Below are positions 10,050 to 22,500 of a stretch of 49,811 nt of DNA, piece by piece. Each line of letters begins with the position of its first letter. Within the stretch, counting starts at the first letter, position 1. Position numbers and translations under genes: made by a program. Source of the DNA: a virus. Lineage: Duplodnaviria > Heunggongvirae > Uroviricota > Caudoviricetes. Below the pieces are notes generated by a model that saw only the letters and a list, made by a program, of their open reading frames with translations, searched no databases and had not been told where the DNA came from. Location of the stretch: IMG/VR virus record IMGVR_UViG_2579779084_000010. One strand, 5' to 3'.

Positions 10050-12994
10050 TATGCAAGCCTCACAATGTAGTTAAATGCGATGTTTTTGACGGTGTTTTCC
10101 GCGTTACCAGCAGCGTTAACGGTGATGGTGTGTCCATGTGAGCCAATCGCAACAGAGTGCGTATGAGCACCAATACCGACAGTATGCGCGTGTGCACCTG
10201 CAGATGCTGCTGTGCCAGACAGTGAGTGGCTATGATTACCATCTGTACTGGTATTAGCTAAACACCCCGTAGACATACCTACTGAGCCTTGTACACCCCA
10301 AGTATTTTGACCTGAGCTTGTATAACCATATTGATAAGTATCTTTAAAAACACTGGGGTTAAATCGACGGCCATCTCTATGGCTGTGATTACCAGCTGCA
10401 TTCGTGCTGCCACTTAAACTATGGGTATGCGCACCAGTGTTATTCGTAGATTTAGTGCCGTAATCAAACGACGATGTGGTTTTCGTCCCCAAATCCGTAC
10501 TGGATGCGCTGGCGCTGTGGGTGTGCGATTTAATGCCGTCCTGTTCCTGAGACAATACGGCACGACCACTGGCGGGCTTGCCCTTAATCGTCCAGCCACG
10601 CATATCAGGAATAACGCCTGACGGATAAGCCGCTGCAAGTTTCGGGTATGCAGATTTGTCAAAAGTCTGCCCCTGCATCAGGGCATAACCAGACGGAACG
10701 GTATCTGATGGCCACGGGATTGGTGCACCGACTGGATAAAACTCTGCAGGAGGATGAGCTGAGGTGTAAAGCTGCGCCCACGGCGACCAGTTTGCGTCGG
10801 TCGTATCCCGTCGTGAACGAATAAATGCCGGAGCATGAGCACCGCTTGTACCACTCCAGCCGATGAGTAACTCACCTTCGCCAACGGCTGTCATCCCTTT
10901 CAGGTGAATGATATTTCCATACGCTGTTGGATATCCGTTGTTATACACCTCGTATAACTCAAGACCTGTTGCCCCCTGCGTATTGTCTGTCAGCGCGGTG
11001 ACCCGACCTTTTGAAGCCAGATTAACTGATGATACTGCTGTTCCACCTGACGGTAACGCCCCGATCTCTGATGCCGTTGGCTTATTTCTGGAGTTATAGT
11101 CCCTTCGCCAGCCAGGTGAATAATCTGTTCCGTGATTAATATAGGTAAACTGGGCGTTAGTTGTTCCGCCACCAGTGGAGGTGGTCGGTGTGGTAATGCG
11201 GATCGTCATCGCTGACTTTATCCCCATTACTTCAATGACAGCTCCTGCGAGATGAATATTACCGCAGCCAGTATCAGTAATGATTTTATTATTGCCATAA
11301 GACCAGGAACCCTTGCACATCCAGTATGGATGGTTAAATGCTCCCTGAGAATCCAGCCACTCGATAAACTGTGCAGTCGTCCAGTTTCCTGTTGTTGTGC
11401 TTACTGACCCACCGAAGGCACGACAGGCACCAATATTTTTCGTAAAGGTGTCTTTGCCAGGGATATCAGCACCGTTCTGGTCTTTCTGCAGACGTTTCTC
11501 TGCATTGTCATAGGCTGCTTTTACTGCCTTTGGCGTTGCCGCCAGCGTTTCAGACGTGCTGTTGGTCGCACTGCTGAGCTGTACTATCCCCTTTTTCGTC
11601 GTGCTCGCATCCTCAAGCGCCACGGCGGATGCAATATCCTCTGCCCGTTTTGCTGCTGTCTCGGCGCGCGTTGCCGCGGATTCCGCCGTACTTTTGCTCT
11701 GAGCTGCCGCCGTCGCACTGCCAGCTGCCTCTGTCGCCTTCGTGGATGCCGTCGTGGCGCTGCCTTTCGCTGCTGACGCCTGTCTGGTCGCCTCATCTTT
11801 TGAAGCAGACGCCGATGATGCCGATGACGCCGCCGAACTGGCGGACGATGCGGCAGCCGTTTTTGAGGATTCTGCGCTGGTTTCCGACGCTTTCGCGTTC
11901 GTCTCGGATGTCTTCGCTGCGGAAGCAGACCTCGCTGCTGCGCTGGCCTGTACAGCGGCTTCGCCAGCATTCGTTGTGGCTGTTGAAGCAGACGATGCGG
12001 CACTTTCTGCCGATTTTCCGGCGGCGGTGGCACTGGCTGAGGCCTGCCCGGCACTTGTTGACGCGGCACTGGCAGATGATGCAGCCGCTGTTTTTGAGCC
12101 TGCCGCAGCTGAGGCGCTCTGTCCCGCTGCCGTTTCAGAAGACCTGGCGTTCGTCTCGGACGTTTTTGCCGCCTTCGCGGAATTTCCTGCCGCCGTTGCC
12201 GAGGAAGCGGCATTACTGGCGCTCGAGGCTGCGCTCGTTTCTGATGATTTCGCTGCCTCTTTTGAGGCCGCCGCATCCCGGGCTGAGGTGGCAGCTTCTG
12301 ACGCTTTCGTGGTCGCGGTGGATGCAGAAGTGGCTGCAGATTTTTGTGACGCTGCCGCATTCGTTTCTGACGTTTTCGCCGCACCGGCACTGGTAGCCGC
12401 CGCGCTTTTTGAGGACTCTGCAGCGGCAGCACTTTTTGATGCTTCAGTAGCCTTTGTTGATGCCGTTCCTGCGCTGGAAGACGCTGACTGAGCCGACGTC
12501 GCGGCCTGCCCGGCTGATGTGCTGGCTGCACGAGCTGAGCCTGCAGCATCAGTCGCATGGGTTGCCGCCTCACGGGCTGATGTGCCGGCATCGCTGGCTG
12601 ACTTCTTCGCGGCTGCCGTGTTCTGTGCCACTGCGGACGCGTTACGCGCCACCTCTTCCACCATCAGTTCAAAGCGGCGCAGTGCCTCCGGACGGGCATC
12701 ATCCTCCGTCATGGCACCGAGAAAATCATTCAGCGTACCCGGTTGTGAGTCTTCATACACGGTGATGGTCCCGGCATGCGATGGCGGGAAGCCTTCCACC
12801 AACAGAATAACGCTGTACTGACCGTACTCAACGTCCATGCTGTAACGCCCTGCTTCATCCGGATTTTCAGATGCCACCGTGTTCACCACCACCGTGGTAC
12901 TGTTACGTTTCGCTTTCAGCTGGATTGTGCAGTTCTGTACCGGTTTTCCTGTGCCGTCTTTCAGTACACCTGAAATCTTTACTGCCATATTCAC
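10049..12994 (-). CDS. stf: Side tail fibre protein (Stf) with long Ala/Ser/Thr-rich repeat region and His-rich C-terminal domain
   Basis: 981 aa; N-terminal region like lambdoid Stf; about 350 aa of low-complexity A/S/T repeats; C-terminal HxH motifs (GAHTHS, GNHSHS, GAHAHT, GSHGHT). Confidence 0.8.
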   Translation of the reverse strand: MNMAVKISGVLKDGTGKPVQNCTIQLKAKRNSTTVVVNTVASENPDEAGRYSMDVEYGQYSVILLVEGFPPSHAGTITVYEDSQPGTLNDFLGAMTEDDARPEALRRFELMVEEVARNASAVAQNTAAAKKSASDAGTSAREAATHATDAAGSARAASTSAGQAATSAQSASSSAGTASTKATEASKSAAAAESSKSAAATSAGAAKTSETNAAASQKSAATSASTATTKASEAATSARDAAASKEAAKSSETSAASSASNAASSATAAGNSAKAAKTSETNARSSETAAGQSASAAAGSKTAAASSASAASTSAGQASASATAAGKSAESAASSASTATTNAGEAAVQASAAARSASAAKTSETNAKASETSAESSKTAAASSASSAASSASSASASKDEATRQASAAKGSATTASTKATEAAGSATAAAQSKSTAESAATRAETAAKRAEDIASAVALEDASTTKKGIVQLSSATNSTSETLAATPKAVKAAYDNAEKRLQKDQNGADIPGKDTFTKNIGACRAFGGSVSTTTGNWTTAQFIEWLDSQGAFNHPYWMCKGSWSYGNNKIITDTGCGNIHLAGAVIEVMGIKSAMTIRITTPTTSTGGGTTNAQFTYINHGTDYSPGWRRDYNSRNKPTASEIGALPSGGTAVSSVNLASKGRVTALTDNTQGATGLELYEVYNNGYPTAYGNIIHLKGMTAVGEGELLIGWSGTSGAHAPAFIRSRRDTTDANWSPWAQLYTSAHPPAEFYPVGAPIPWPSDTVPSGYALMQGQTFDKSAYPKLAAAYPSGVIPDMRGWTIKGKPASGRAVLSQEQDGIKSHTHSASASSTDLGTKTTSSFDYGTKSTNNTGAHTHSLSGSTNAAGNHSHRDGRRFNPSVFKDTYQYGYTSSGQNTWGVQGSVGMSTGCLANTSTDGNHSHSLSGTAASAGAHAHTVGIGAHTHSVAIGSHGHTITVNAAGNAENTVKNIAFNYIVRLA

Positions 12995-12999
12995 CCCAC

Positions 13000-13026
13000 A
13001 AAAAAGCCCGCCTGAACCGGCGGGCT
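13000..13026 (-). terminator. Intrinsic terminator downstream of lom
   Basis: Minus-strand stem GCCCGCCGG / CCGGCGGGC with a 4-nt loop, followed by a T-run. Confidence 0.6.
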
Positions 13027-13052
13027 GTCATAACACTGTGTTACCTGGCTAA

Positions 13053-13652
13053 TCAGAATTTATAACCGACACCCATGATGAAACCGTCAGTGCGCCAGTC
13101 GCCACTGCCGGAGCCTTCATAAGCAATATCAATGGCCACGGATTCGGTCGGGTTAAACTGCACGCCAGCTCCCCACGCCAGAGACGTGTTGCTGTGGCGA
13201 CCGTCATCACTTCCGGTCAGCACGTCGTGCGTTTTCCCCTTGTTGTCAGTTACGCGGAGATAATCCCCGGAGAAAGTCGACACACGGCTGTAAGCCACAC
13301 CCGCCATCGCATACGCGCTGAACCATTCATTCACGCGTACAGACGGCCCCGCCATCACGCTGAACCAGCGGTTACGCACGGAATCTTCATGCCTGCGGGT
13401 ATCGCTGTAGCGCGTTTTTTGCTCATCCTCAGCATTGGCATAACTGAAGGACGTAATCAGCCCCAGCGCGTCCGTAAACTCATAACGGTATTTCACGTTA
13501 ATCCCGTTCAGATCATCACTACCGGGAACGTTCGTCGAGGCATGGAGATACCCCGCGCTCAGCGTGGACTGATGTTCTGCTGCACTCGCTGGCGTAGCAG
13601 CGACGACCTGCCAGACTACTGCGGACAAAATAACAGCACATAATTTACGCAT
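13053..13652 (-). CDS. lom: Lom/Ail/PagC-family outer membrane beta-barrel protein
   Basis: 199 aa; signal peptide then alternating beta-strand pattern, C-terminal aromatic residue (…GVGYKF); position between J and stf as in lambda. Confidence 0.8.
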   Translation of the reverse strand: MRKLCAVILSAVVWQVVAATPASAAEHQSTLSAGYLHASTNVPGSDDLNGINVKYRYEFTDALGLITSFSYANAEDEQKTRYSDTRRHEDSVRNRWFSVMAGPSVRVNEWFSAYAMAGVAYSRVSTFSGDYLRVTDNKGKTHDVLTGSDDGRHSNTSLAWGAGVQFNPTESVAIDIAYEGSGSGDWRTDGFIMGVGYKF

Positions 13653-13674
13653 AATTACCTCTCGCTTTTCTGCA

Positions 13675-13700
13675 ATAAAAAAGGCGCCATTTCTGGCGCC
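13675..13700 (-). terminator. Intrinsic terminator between J and lom
   Basis: Minus-strand stem GGCGCCA-GAAA-TGGCGCC followed by TTTTTT. Confidence 0.6.
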
Positions 13701-13719
13701 CGTATCTGGGTTATAAAAT

Positions 13720-16700
13720 TCAGCTAATCGTGATGCCTGCAGTGGCTTTCTTCATCACCACAACCAGCAAATCGCTGATACTTGCTGTGGGATACCAGTT
13801 ATTTACCAGCCATGCTGACACCGAAAACTCCAGTGTCATGTGACCGTGACCGGCAGGCATATCAATAACACCACTGTAAATCAGCGTATTATCCAGCGCG
13901 GTACGGTTATAAATTTCAGCACCGTTTTTCCGCACTATCAGACGGCATGAGGAGTAAATATCAGTATGCTCTTTCTCATGTTTAGCGCCGCTGAATGCCA
14001 CCGCCGGAATAACAATCTGCCGGTCAAACGGCTGATCGTCATAAACCCTGACGGTAATGGTTCCTGATGGCCACCGCTCCGGTGCACGGGAGTCCCGGGG
14101 GAAAGCTTTGCCCACTGTTTTAACGAGATCGCCTTCAATCTGGTTCGCGGACAATTTTCCCAGAACCCGACAGTTCTCGTTAATCGTGACGTTGTTGAGC
14201 GTCCCGGAGTTCGCATTCACGTTACCGCTGATATCGGCATTTTTCGCCGTCAGCCGCCCGTCCGGTGTCAGGGAAAATGCCGGAGGATTACCGCCGCTGG
14301 TAATGGTGGGAGCCGTCAGATATTTCAGGAACACTTCATTCATAAATATCTGATCGCCCTGACCAACAAACATCGGCTTTGTGTTGCCATTCGCAGGATT
14401 AATCATCGCAATCCTGTCTGCCGCCAGCAGCACCTGACTCTGCATTCCTGCTGGCGTATTCTCAATACCGGCACCGATACCCGCAATATAAAGGCGTCCG
14501 TCCTGCATCTGCTGCAGTTTCACGGCCCACATGCTGTTCAGGTTATTATTTGTATCAACCTGAACTTTCTGTATCTGCTGGATTGCCGCACTCTGATTTT
14601 CCAGTTTTTTATTGACGGTCTGCGTGATTTCATTGCTGACATTCGTAATGGACGTCCTGATTTCAGCCAGGTCCGGCGCAAGCTGACCGTTATCAATCTG
14701 CGTCCACAGCTCCTGGGCCAGATGTGTTTTCCCGATTTCTCCTTTGAAAAAATCCAGGTAACCTTCCGCATCATCGCTCGCCCGACCGACAGCCTCCACG
14801 AATGCCGATTTGCCAACGGTGTTCACACTGCGAACGTAAAAATAATAATCATGGCCCGGTTTGATATTGATACTGGCGGCTATCCAGTACAGCGCCGTAC
14901 CAAGATAGCGGGCTGTGGTTTCAACCTGCCTGATATCGGTAATCCGCTTTTCCGAGAACCAGAACTCAAACTGTACCGTCGGGTCATAAACGGCAAGATG
15001 CGGCGTGGCGGTTATCTGAAAATAGCCCGGCGTCAGCTCAATCCTCGACGGTGCTGCCGGTGCGGCAATCCGGAACGATACCGACGCCGGATCGCCCTGC
15101 TGCCCCCACGCATTTACCGCCCGGACTGTCAGCCTGTAGTTCCCCAGCGCCAGTTGCGTGAAGCGGTATGTGGTTTCCGTCGTCCGGGCCGTGCTGACCA
15201 GCCGCTCACTGCCGTCATCCGCTGTTACGGTCAGACGGAGCAGGAAGCTCACGCCCTTCACCACCTTCGGCGTGTCCCAGCGCGCCAGCACCTGATATTC
15301 CCCGCTGTCTGCGGTGACTTCGGCGGTCAGGTGCTGCACCGCTGGCGGCGTGACACCATTCACCGTGCCGCTCTGGTCGCCGTCAAAGTGCGCCCCGTTA
15401 TCCACGATGGCTTCTTTTTCCGGTACATGCTGCACGGCAGTGATGGCATACGTGCCGTCATCGTTATCACGGATACTCACACAGCGGAACAGGCGCTGAC
15501 GCAACGTCGGCAACTTCAGCCCCCACACACTGTATTCTGCAACGCCGTCAGGAACCCGGTTCACTTTCACCTTAAGTCCGTCGGTGACGGACTGAACCTC
15601 CACGCTGACCGGATTACCACTTCCGTCAACCAGGCTTATCAGCGTGGTACCGGAGGATGGCAGCGTGATTTCACGGTCGAGCGTCAGCGTCCGGGTCTGG
15701 CTGTTCACCGCCAGCACGCGACCACCGGTGCTGATACCGGCATAGTCATCATCGAAGATTTCAATAACATCGCCCGGTACATGGCGAAGCCCTTCAGCAC
15801 CCACGCTGAAATCCACGGTCTGCGTCTCCAGCAGTTCCGTTTTAATCAGCCACAGCCCGGCGCGGTGTGCCTGCCCCCGGCTGGTACAGCCAAAGGCATC
15901 CATCTTCGTGACATTACGACCGTAACGGGCAATGGCCTGCGTATCTTCAACAAGCTCTGTCGCCGTCTCCCAGCCGTTGTTCGGGTCAATCCAGTTCACC
16001 TCAACGGCATTATGGCGGTCCTTCAGGGCGCTGAAGCTGTAGCGGAACGGCGCGCCATCATCCGGCATCACCACATTACTGCGGTTATAGGTCCACACCT
16101 TATCTGATGGTCGGTCCTGCACGAACGTCAGCGTCTGCCCGTTCCATACCGGCATACAGCGCATCGCCGAGCAGAAATCACTGAGCACATCCCACGCCTT
16201 GCGCTGTGTGGTCAGGTATGCATTACAGGTGATGCGCGGCTCCGTGCCGCCAAAGCCGTCCGGTACTGACTGGTCGCAGTACTGGCCGATGACATACAGC
16301 GCCCATTTGTCCACATCCGCCGCACCAAGACGTTTCCCCATGCCGTAGCGTGGATGGGTCAGCATATCCCACAGACACCAGGCCATGTTGTTGCTGTATG
16401 CCGGTTTAAACGTTCCGTCCCAGATACCGCTGTATTGCCGCGTCTGCGGGTTATAATTCGACGGCACCTGCAGAATACGCCCGCGCAGATGATAATTACG
16501 GCTCACCTGCTGGCTGCCGAACTGCTCCGAATCCACCTGTACGCCGACCAGTGCCGTGTTCGGGTAGCACTGTTTCACATCGATGATTTCGGTGTATGAC
16601 GACCAGAGCGTTTTGTTCTGCAGCTGGTCTGTGGTGCTGTCCGGCGTCATCCTGCGCATCCGGATATTGAACGGGCGCGGAGGCAGGCTACCCACCACCA

Positions 16701-17199
16701 CCGAGGCCAGATACTGCGAGGTGGTTTTGCCCTTAATGGTGATGTCTTTTTCCGTCACCCAGCCACCGTTACGTTGTATCTGAACCAGCAGGCGGACTTC
16801 CGATGGATTCCTGTCACCCTTTGAGGTGGTTTCCACCAGTGCCTGCACACCGAAGGTAAAGCGCAGACGGTCGATGTTTGCAGACGTGATGGTCCGGGTG
16901 ATCGGCGTGTCGTATTTCACTTCCGTACCCAGCACCGTCTCGGAACCGGAGGATTCAAAGCCCTCCGGCGGCGTCTGCTCCTGCTCACCTGCCCGGAACA
17001 CCACCGTGACGCCGGAGATATTGGTATTCCCCTCACTGTCCAGCACCGGCGTACTGTTCAACAGCACGCTTTTTAATCCATCCACCGGACCTTCAACCGG
17101 CCCTTCGCTGATGACATCGATCACACTCAGCAGCTGCGTGGACTTCAGGTTGTCCTTCGCTTCGCGCGGGGTATGCCCCTTACTGCTGCCTTTACCCAT
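13720..17199 (-). CDS. Host specificity protein J (central tail fibre / tail tip)
   Basis: 1159 aa; recognisably lambda J-like along its length with fibronectin-III-like central region. Confidence 0.9.
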   Translation of the reverse strand: MGKGSSKGHTPREAKDNLKSTQLLSVIDVISEGPVEGPVDGLKSVLLNSTPVLDSEGNTNISGVTVVFRAGEQEQTPPEGFESSGSETVLGTEVKYDTPITRTITSANIDRLRFTFGVQALVETTSKGDRNPSEVRLLVQIQRNGGWVTEKDITIKGKTTSQYLASVVVGSLPPRPFNIRMRRMTPDSTTDQLQNKTLWSSYTEIIDVKQCYPNTALVGVQVDSEQFGSQQVSRNYHLRGRILQVPSNYNPQTRQYSGIWDGTFKPAYSNNMAWCLWDMLTHPRYGMGKRLGAADVDKWALYVIGQYCDQSVPDGFGGTEPRITCNAYLTTQRKAWDVLSDFCSAMRCMPVWNGQTLTFVQDRPSDKVWTYNRSNVVMPDDGAPFRYSFSALKDRHNAVEVNWIDPNNGWETATELVEDTQAIARYGRNVTKMDAFGCTSRGQAHRAGLWLIKTELLETQTVDFSVGAEGLRHVPGDVIEIFDDDYAGISTGGRVLAVNSQTRTLTLDREITLPSSGTTLISLVDGSGNPVSVEVQSVTDGLKVKVNRVPDGVAEYSVWGLKLPTLRQRLFRCVSIRDNDDGTYAITAVQHVPEKEAIVDNGAHFDGDQSGTVNGVTPPAVQHLTAEVTADSGEYQVLARWDTPKVVKGVSFLLRLTVTADDGSERLVSTARTTETTYRFTQLALGNYRLTVRAVNAWGQQGDPASVSFRIAAPAAPSRIELTPGYFQITATPHLAVYDPTVQFEFWFSEKRITDIRQVETTARYLGTALYWIAASINIKPGHDYYFYVRSVNTVGKSAFVEAVGRASDDAEGYLDFFKGEIGKTHLAQELWTQIDNGQLAPDLAEIRTSITNVSNEITQTVNKKLENQSAAIQQIQKVQVDTNNNLNSMWAVKLQQMQDGRLYIAGIGAGIENTPAGMQSQVLLAADRIAMINPANGNTKPMFVGQGDQIFMNEVFLKYLTAPTITSGGNPPAFSLTPDGRLTAKNADISGNVNANSGTLNNVTINENCRVLGKLSANQIEGDLVKTVGKAFPRDSRAPERWPSGTITVRVYDDQPFDRQIVIPAVAFSGAKHEKEHTDIYSSCRLIVRKNGAEIYNRTALDNTLIYSGVIDMPAGHGHMTLEFSVSAWLVNNWYPTASISDLLVVVMKKATAGITIS

Positions 17200-17259
17200 T
17201 CGTCACGCTCCATAAACGACAAAACCGCCCGCAGGCGGTTTCACATAAAATGTTTTGCA

Positions 17260-17907
17260 TCAGCGACCAATCACCACAACCTGACCACCATCCCCTTCGT
17301 CTGCCGTGCTGATCTCCTGAGAAACCACACGTGATCCCACGCGCATTTCCCCGTACAGAACAGGCAGAACATTGCCCTGGGCAACCATGTTATCCAGTGA
17401 CGAGAAATACGTGTTCTGTTTGCCGTTATCTGTACTGGCTGCCGTGGGCGTCCTGGCTTTCGGTGCCAGCATCTGCGCCACACCACCCAGGATCATACTG
17501 GCCCCTGCTGCATACATACCCGATACAGCCGCGGCCCCCAGCCAGCCCACAGGGTTCCACCATGCAACCGCAATCAGCGCCGCACCCAGCACCGCCTGAA
17601 ACACACCGCCACTTTTGGCACCCGCCAGACGCGGAACGACGTGGATCACGGCACCATTTGCCAGCGGTTCATTAAGACGGGCAGATAATTCATTTTCGCC
17701 TGCATCACGCCCGGAAATGCGCACCTGATACCAGCCCTCATTCAGTTTCTGGCGAAACGACGGAAGCTGTGTGGCCAGCGCCCGGATGGCTTCAGCCCCC
17801 GTTTTCACACGAAGGTCGATGCGGCGGCCAAATCGTTGTAAATCCCCGTAAAGGCAGATGCGTGCCATGCCCGGTGACGCCAGAGGGAGTGTGTGCGTCG
17901 CTGCCAT
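17260..17907 (-). CDS. Tail assembly protein I
   Basis: 215 aa; near-identical to lambda gpI at both ends (MAATHTLPLASPGMARICLYGDLQRFGRRIDLRVKTGAEAIRAL... GEMRVGSRVVSQEISTADEGDGGQVVVIGR). Confidence 0.85.
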   Translation of the reverse strand: MAATHTLPLASPGMARICLYGDLQRFGRRIDLRVKTGAEAIRALATQLPSFRQKLNEGWYQVRISGRDAGENELSARLNEPLANGAVIHVVPRLAGAKSGGVFQAVLGAALIAVAWWNPVGWLGAAAVSGMYAAGASMILGGVAQMLAPKARTPTAASTDNGKQNTYFSSLDNMVAQGNVLPVLYGEMRVGSRVVSQEISTADEGDGGQVVVIGR

Positions 17908-18548
17908 TTGTCGGTATACCTCTCTCGTTTGCTCAGTTGTTCAGGAATATGGTGCAGCAGCTCGCCGTCACCACAGTAAATGGCGGCATGATTCGGCACC
18001 GATGAACCAAAACAGCACAGCAGCACATCGCCCGGCTGCGCCGCTGACAACGGCACCTGATACAGCCCTGTGGCCTCCAGATTATCCAGATAGAGATTCT
18101 GACCGTGACGCCACCAGTCATCCTCGCGATGAAAATCCGGCATCTCAATCCCCGCCAGATGGTAAGCATCCCGGAACAGCGTGTAACAGTCCGTCACCCC
18201 GTGCTCAAAGCGCCGCCCGGTAAGATGTGGCACACAGCGGAACTTGTGAATCGCCCCCTGGCAGACCAGCCACCACGGCAAATCACTCTGCACCTGCAGC
18301 CGCCGGTCGGCCTCACTCAGCCAGGGCAGACCACCGGGGTGGCTGTGGCCCAGTGCCACAATCTCACCCTGCATCTCTGCCTGCAGCCAGTCTTCCGGCA
18401 ACATACGGAAATACGCCTCCGGCTCACCGGAGATATTCACGCAGGGGAAATATCTTTCCCCCTCCGGCGTTCTTACCACGAAGCCGCACGACTCCGCTGG
18501 CGCACATCGCCGGGCGTGCGCCAGAATCGCTGATTCTGTCTGTGTCAT
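17805..18548 (-). CDS. Tail tip assembly protein K (MPN/JAB plus NlpC/P60 domains)
   Basis: Lambda gpK-like; HSHPGG metal-binding motif; long overlap with I suggests the functional start could be the internal Met (MLPEDW). Confidence 0.85.
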   Translation of the reverse strand: MTQTESAILAHARRCAPAESCGFVVRTPEGERYFPCVNISGEPEAYFRMLPEDWLQAEMQGEIVALGHSHPGGLPWLSEADRRLQVQSDLPWWLVCQGAIHKFRCVPHLTGRRFEHGVTDCYTLFRDAYHLAGIEMPDFHREDDWWRHGQNLYLDNLEATGLYQVPLSAAQPGDVLLCCFGSSVPNHAAIYCGDGELLHHIPEQLSKRERYTDKWQRRTHSLWRHRAWHASAFTGIYNDLAAASTFV

Positions 18549-18553
18549 GGGAT

Positions 18554-19252
18554 TTACTGCGAAAGTTTGTTAATGGAAAGGAAGCCGCCAAAGTTGCCGA
18601 CGTTATTGCGGAACTTACAACCGCTCAGGCATTTGCTGCATTTATCCTTCGTGATGTCGGACGTTGGCTGGTCATATTCATCCGCGACCGCCGGACCGTG
18701 ATAACCGCACTCATCGCCGCGATAGGTCCAGGTGCAGGTGTTGGCCAGCATGATACGTCCCGGAAAAACGGCACCATCCGTTTCCGTCGGTGTGGACAAC
18801 ACAAAGGAGGCACTGACCGCACTCAGTTCGCTGCACTGCTCGATGCGCCAGCGGCTGATCACCTCCTGCTCTGGATCGGCGTCGCTGTTTCCGTTGACGA
18901 AGTTCACCGCATCCAGAAAACGGGCGTAAACCTTACGCCTGACCACCGTTCCGCCGACCAGACTCTGCAGGTCTTCCGCCATCCCGGTGACCATGCCGTG
19001 CAGGTTAGAAACCGTCAGTGTCGGACGGGCAGCACTGCCCTTGCCGTTCAGTTCAAATCCCGTCCCCTGAATGGGGTATGCCTGATACTGCCGCCCCTGC
19101 CAGGTAACCGGCTCACCTTTTTCGTTCTGCTCATTACAGAAAAAATAACGTTCACCACCGACCTCTGTCAGATCGATTTCCCAGAGCACCACCTGGGCTG
19201 ACTGAGTGAGGCGTGTCGTCTCATGATGTGTTTCCTGTGGAATATCCTGCAT
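18554..19252 (-). CDS. Minor tail protein L
   Basis: 232 aa, lambda gpL-like including C-terminal Cys cluster (CSKCLSGCKF). Confidence 0.85.
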   Translation of the reverse strand: MQDIPQETHHETTRLTQSAQVVLWEIDLTEVGGERYFFCNEQNEKGEPVTWQGRQYQAYPIQGTGFELNGKGSAARPTLTVSNLHGMVTGMAEDLQSLVGGTVVRRKVYARFLDAVNFVNGNSDADPEQEVISRWRIEQCSELSAVSASFVLSTPTETDGAVFPGRIMLANTCTWTYRGDECGYHGPAVADEYDQPTSDITKDKCSKCLSGCKFRNNVGNFGGFLSINKLSQ

Positions 19253-19261
19253 CAGAGCCTC

Positions 19262-19591
19262 CTATGCCACGACCTGTTCAAAATCTGCCGTTATGGTTAC
19301 CCACAGCGCCCCTACGCTCGCCGACCATTTACGACAAACCACCCTGATCGGCTTCCAGTCATAAGGTGGCGTCCACTGAAATGCGCGGACGCCACCGTGC
19401 CGTTCCAGAAAGGCTTTTAAAGATGGGTGTTCACATTTACGAACACGTATCGTCACGCTGTAAGTCGACAACTGGTTATTCAGTCCCGCCGCACGACGCT
19501 GTTCATAACCATCGCCCAGCTTCACTGTCACCACTTTCGGCTCTGATACCACATTCATATCCGGGCGCACTTTCCAGTGAAACGTCTCCAT
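19262..19591 (-). CDS. Minor tail protein M
   Basis: 109 aa, lambda gpM-like; position between H and L. Confidence 0.8.
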   Translation of the reverse strand: METFHWKVRPDMNVVSEPKVVTVKLGDGYEQRRAAGLNNQLSTYSVTIRVRKCEHPSLKAFLERHGGVRAFQWTPPYDWKPIRVVCRKWSASVGALWVTITADFEQVVA

Positions 19592-22500
19592 TACCGATAT
19601 GCTCCACTTAACCGACCACCATCACGGGCCTGCTGTTGCATAAAGTCCGCTGCTGCTTTTTTCCCGAGGTCATAAACCACCTTCAGGGCAGCCGGACCTA
19701 TCTGCCCGTTCGTGCCATCGTTATTGATCTCTATGTTGTACTGCGGGGCAAACATCGCCATACCTGAACCACCAATATCCGCCACAACCCCCAGCTTACC
19801 GTCAGCATCACGACGCAGTGGCAGAATGGCTTCAGGTCCAGCTTCCCCCATCACACCCGCGCCTTTTGCAAAAGCAAAAAACGTCGGACGGTTAACCACC
19901 GTGCCACTGTAACGACTCAAATCAGCAGACTGATAAATCCCCCCATTGGCATTCAGGGAAAGGCTGCTGAGATCAAATCCCAGTACACTGCCAATCCCTT
20001 TTATCGATTTCATCATGGTTGCCTGCGCCAGGATTTTCGCCATATCTGACAGCACAGAAGAGGTGAAGGATTTGAAATTGAGTTTGCCGGTAGTGACAAA
20101 AGTGGCCAGGCCATTTCCCATGTTGCTGAAGGCTGACGAGAACCCCTGTTCTGCTGTTCCTGCCGTATTATCTGCATCCACGGTAAAATCCTGAAATGCA
20201 CGCAGGACTCCGTTTTTCCAGTTACCCTGCACAACTTCAAGCTGTTGCCAGTAACGGCGATTCTCATTCAGTTGACGGTTCAGGCTCTCCGTCAGCGCCT
20301 GCTCGGCCTTTCTGTAGTCATCCGTGTTATATGTCCCTTTCTGCTCACTATCCCGCCTCAACTGCTCCAGCTGTTGCTGGTATTTCTGGCGAAGACTCAG
20401 TTGTACCTGATATCGCTGCTGCTGCTGATCACCCATACCCACCGTGGCGATATCCAGGTCATGTTGCTGACGCTGAGCGCGCTCTTCTTCAGCCAGTTGA
20501 CTGGTCAGCTGAATTGTTTTTTTCTTCAGCTGGTTGAGTGCCGTCTGTTTCTGAAGCTCCTGCTGTTTTACATCCAGCAGCGTCAGTGCCTGAATCAGTT
20601 CATCTTTACGGGCCAGTACACTCTTTTCATCTGCCGTCAGTTTTTTCCCGTCCAGGTCGCTGATGCGCTGCTGCAGAGCCAGAAGCTGTTTATGCGCTTC
20701 TGTCATCCTTTCCGTGGCAATGCCTGCTGACTGTCTGGCAGCAGCAATCTGTCCTTCCACCTGTGCCTGTTGCTGACTGTACTGCAGCAATAACCGGGTG
20801 GCCTCATCATTACGGGTTTCGCGTGTTTTTTTCTTACCGGATGCCAGGGCTTTCTCGTAACGTTCATTTTCACGTTGTATCGCCGCATCCCTGACAGCCT
20901 GATCGGCGTACTGCATGGCATTAATACGCGCAATTTCACGCTGATGTCGTGCTGCTTCCGTTTCATTCATCCGGTTCAGTGCAGCATTTTCAGCATTACG
21001 GCGTTTCTGTTGCTCCTGATAATTCCGCTCTGCCTGCTCTTTTGCATCCTGCAAATCCTTCTGGCTTTTTTTCTCCTGAAGATCGTTAAGACGCTGCTGA
21101 TCGTATTCAACCTGAGAAGATGATGCCGTCCAGGGGAGTCTTTTCGCCCGCGACACTTTCTCCTGTAAAGCGGCAATCTGTTCATCCAGCGAGTCTTCAC
21201 GACCAATATTCATGGCCGCATCCCAGAAACGACTCCATAAATCAGACAGATACTTCAGCGTACTGCCCAGCGCATTGAGGTTATTATCAATATCCGCAGC
21301 ACGCCGACCGGTTTCCTCTGCCAGTGCAGACATGGCTATCCGTGCCGCATCACTGGACCGCCCCTGATCCCCAAGGACGCGTATCTGCTCAAGCTGAGTG
21401 GCAGTAAGAAAATGCAGCTCATTGTCCAGAGCCTTCGCGGCATTTACAGGATCATCCTTCAGCCGCTTAAACTGATTTATGGTATCGCTGACCGACTGGC
21501 CAACCGATCGCTCCATCTGTGCGGCAGCTCTCGCCACCATACCGATATCGTTTCCACGAAATGCACCACTCCCCACCACCTGAGCCAGCGCACCGGCTGC
21601 AGCATGTTGCGTGATACCATTCCCGGAAATAGCACGACTGAGCGTCCACAGCTGCCCGGCAGTGACTCCGGCATAATGCCCCGTCAGTGACAGCTGGCGG
21701 TTAAATTCTTCCCCCTCCTTCTGACCGTCATACCAGGCTTTACCCAGACCATAGACGGCCGCGGCAATACCGCCAATAACCCCGCCCAGCATCATGCCTT
21801 TCGGTGACATCAGTGTGTCTATCCATCCGGCACGGTTAGCCAGCGTTATCCCGGATCCCCTCAGCGCTCCTAAATTGCCACGGGCCAGTTCACCTATCAG
21901 AACGCCTATCTCCTGGCGGGCTGCTGCACTTTTCAGACCCAGCGAATGCGTGGCTTTTCCTGCCTGCTCCATTTTGCGGATATACACTTCTGCAGCACTG
22001 CTTACCCCCAGCTGGGCTGCCTTGGCACGAAGCAACTCAGAAGATGAAAGATTCTGGCGGGTTGCCTGCTCTTTAAGCTGACGGATAAACGCCACTTTCT
22101 GTCGGGTAGCCTCTTCCTCAGCCTGTGTAAGAACACGGGTTTTCGCCGTAACCTCAGAAATCAGCGCCAGATAATCCTGCTGACCAATCCCGCCACTGTT
22201 TCTGGCCTGTCGGACCTGCTGCTGAATACGCTGTAATTCCTGCAGCCCCGCACTGGCCTGTTTCACACTGTCAATCTGACGATAAAACGCAGCAGCCGCT
22301 TTATCCTGAGCCTCCGCCAGAGCCATGGCCTGCGCCTGTTCCTCACGCATTTTCTGGCTCAGTGCCTCCATGCGCTGGCGGGTTTTCTCCACCTCGCGGG
22401 CCATGCGTTCATGAGCCTGTGCGTTCTTCTCCACCGTCTGCGCATGGACGGATGCGGCTGTTGCAGCCGAAGAAGCCGCCTGCGTTGTCTGCCGGGCGGC

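Noticed and set aside
11584-12591. Long ORFs in alternative frames and on the plus strand within stf (11584-12591, 11629-12396, 11742-12491, 12454-12821)
   Set aside because: They arise from the low-complexity repeat tract of the side tail fibre gene and have Arg/Pro- or Ala-rich translations with no gene-like features.
14722-16107. 461-aa plus-strand ORF antisense to J, and similar antisense ORFs over K/L (18227-19201) and the tape measure gene (20245-20730)
   Set aside because: They lie entirely inside well-supported minus-strand phage structural genes and have Arg-rich, low-information translations typical of antisense frames in GC-rich coding DNA.
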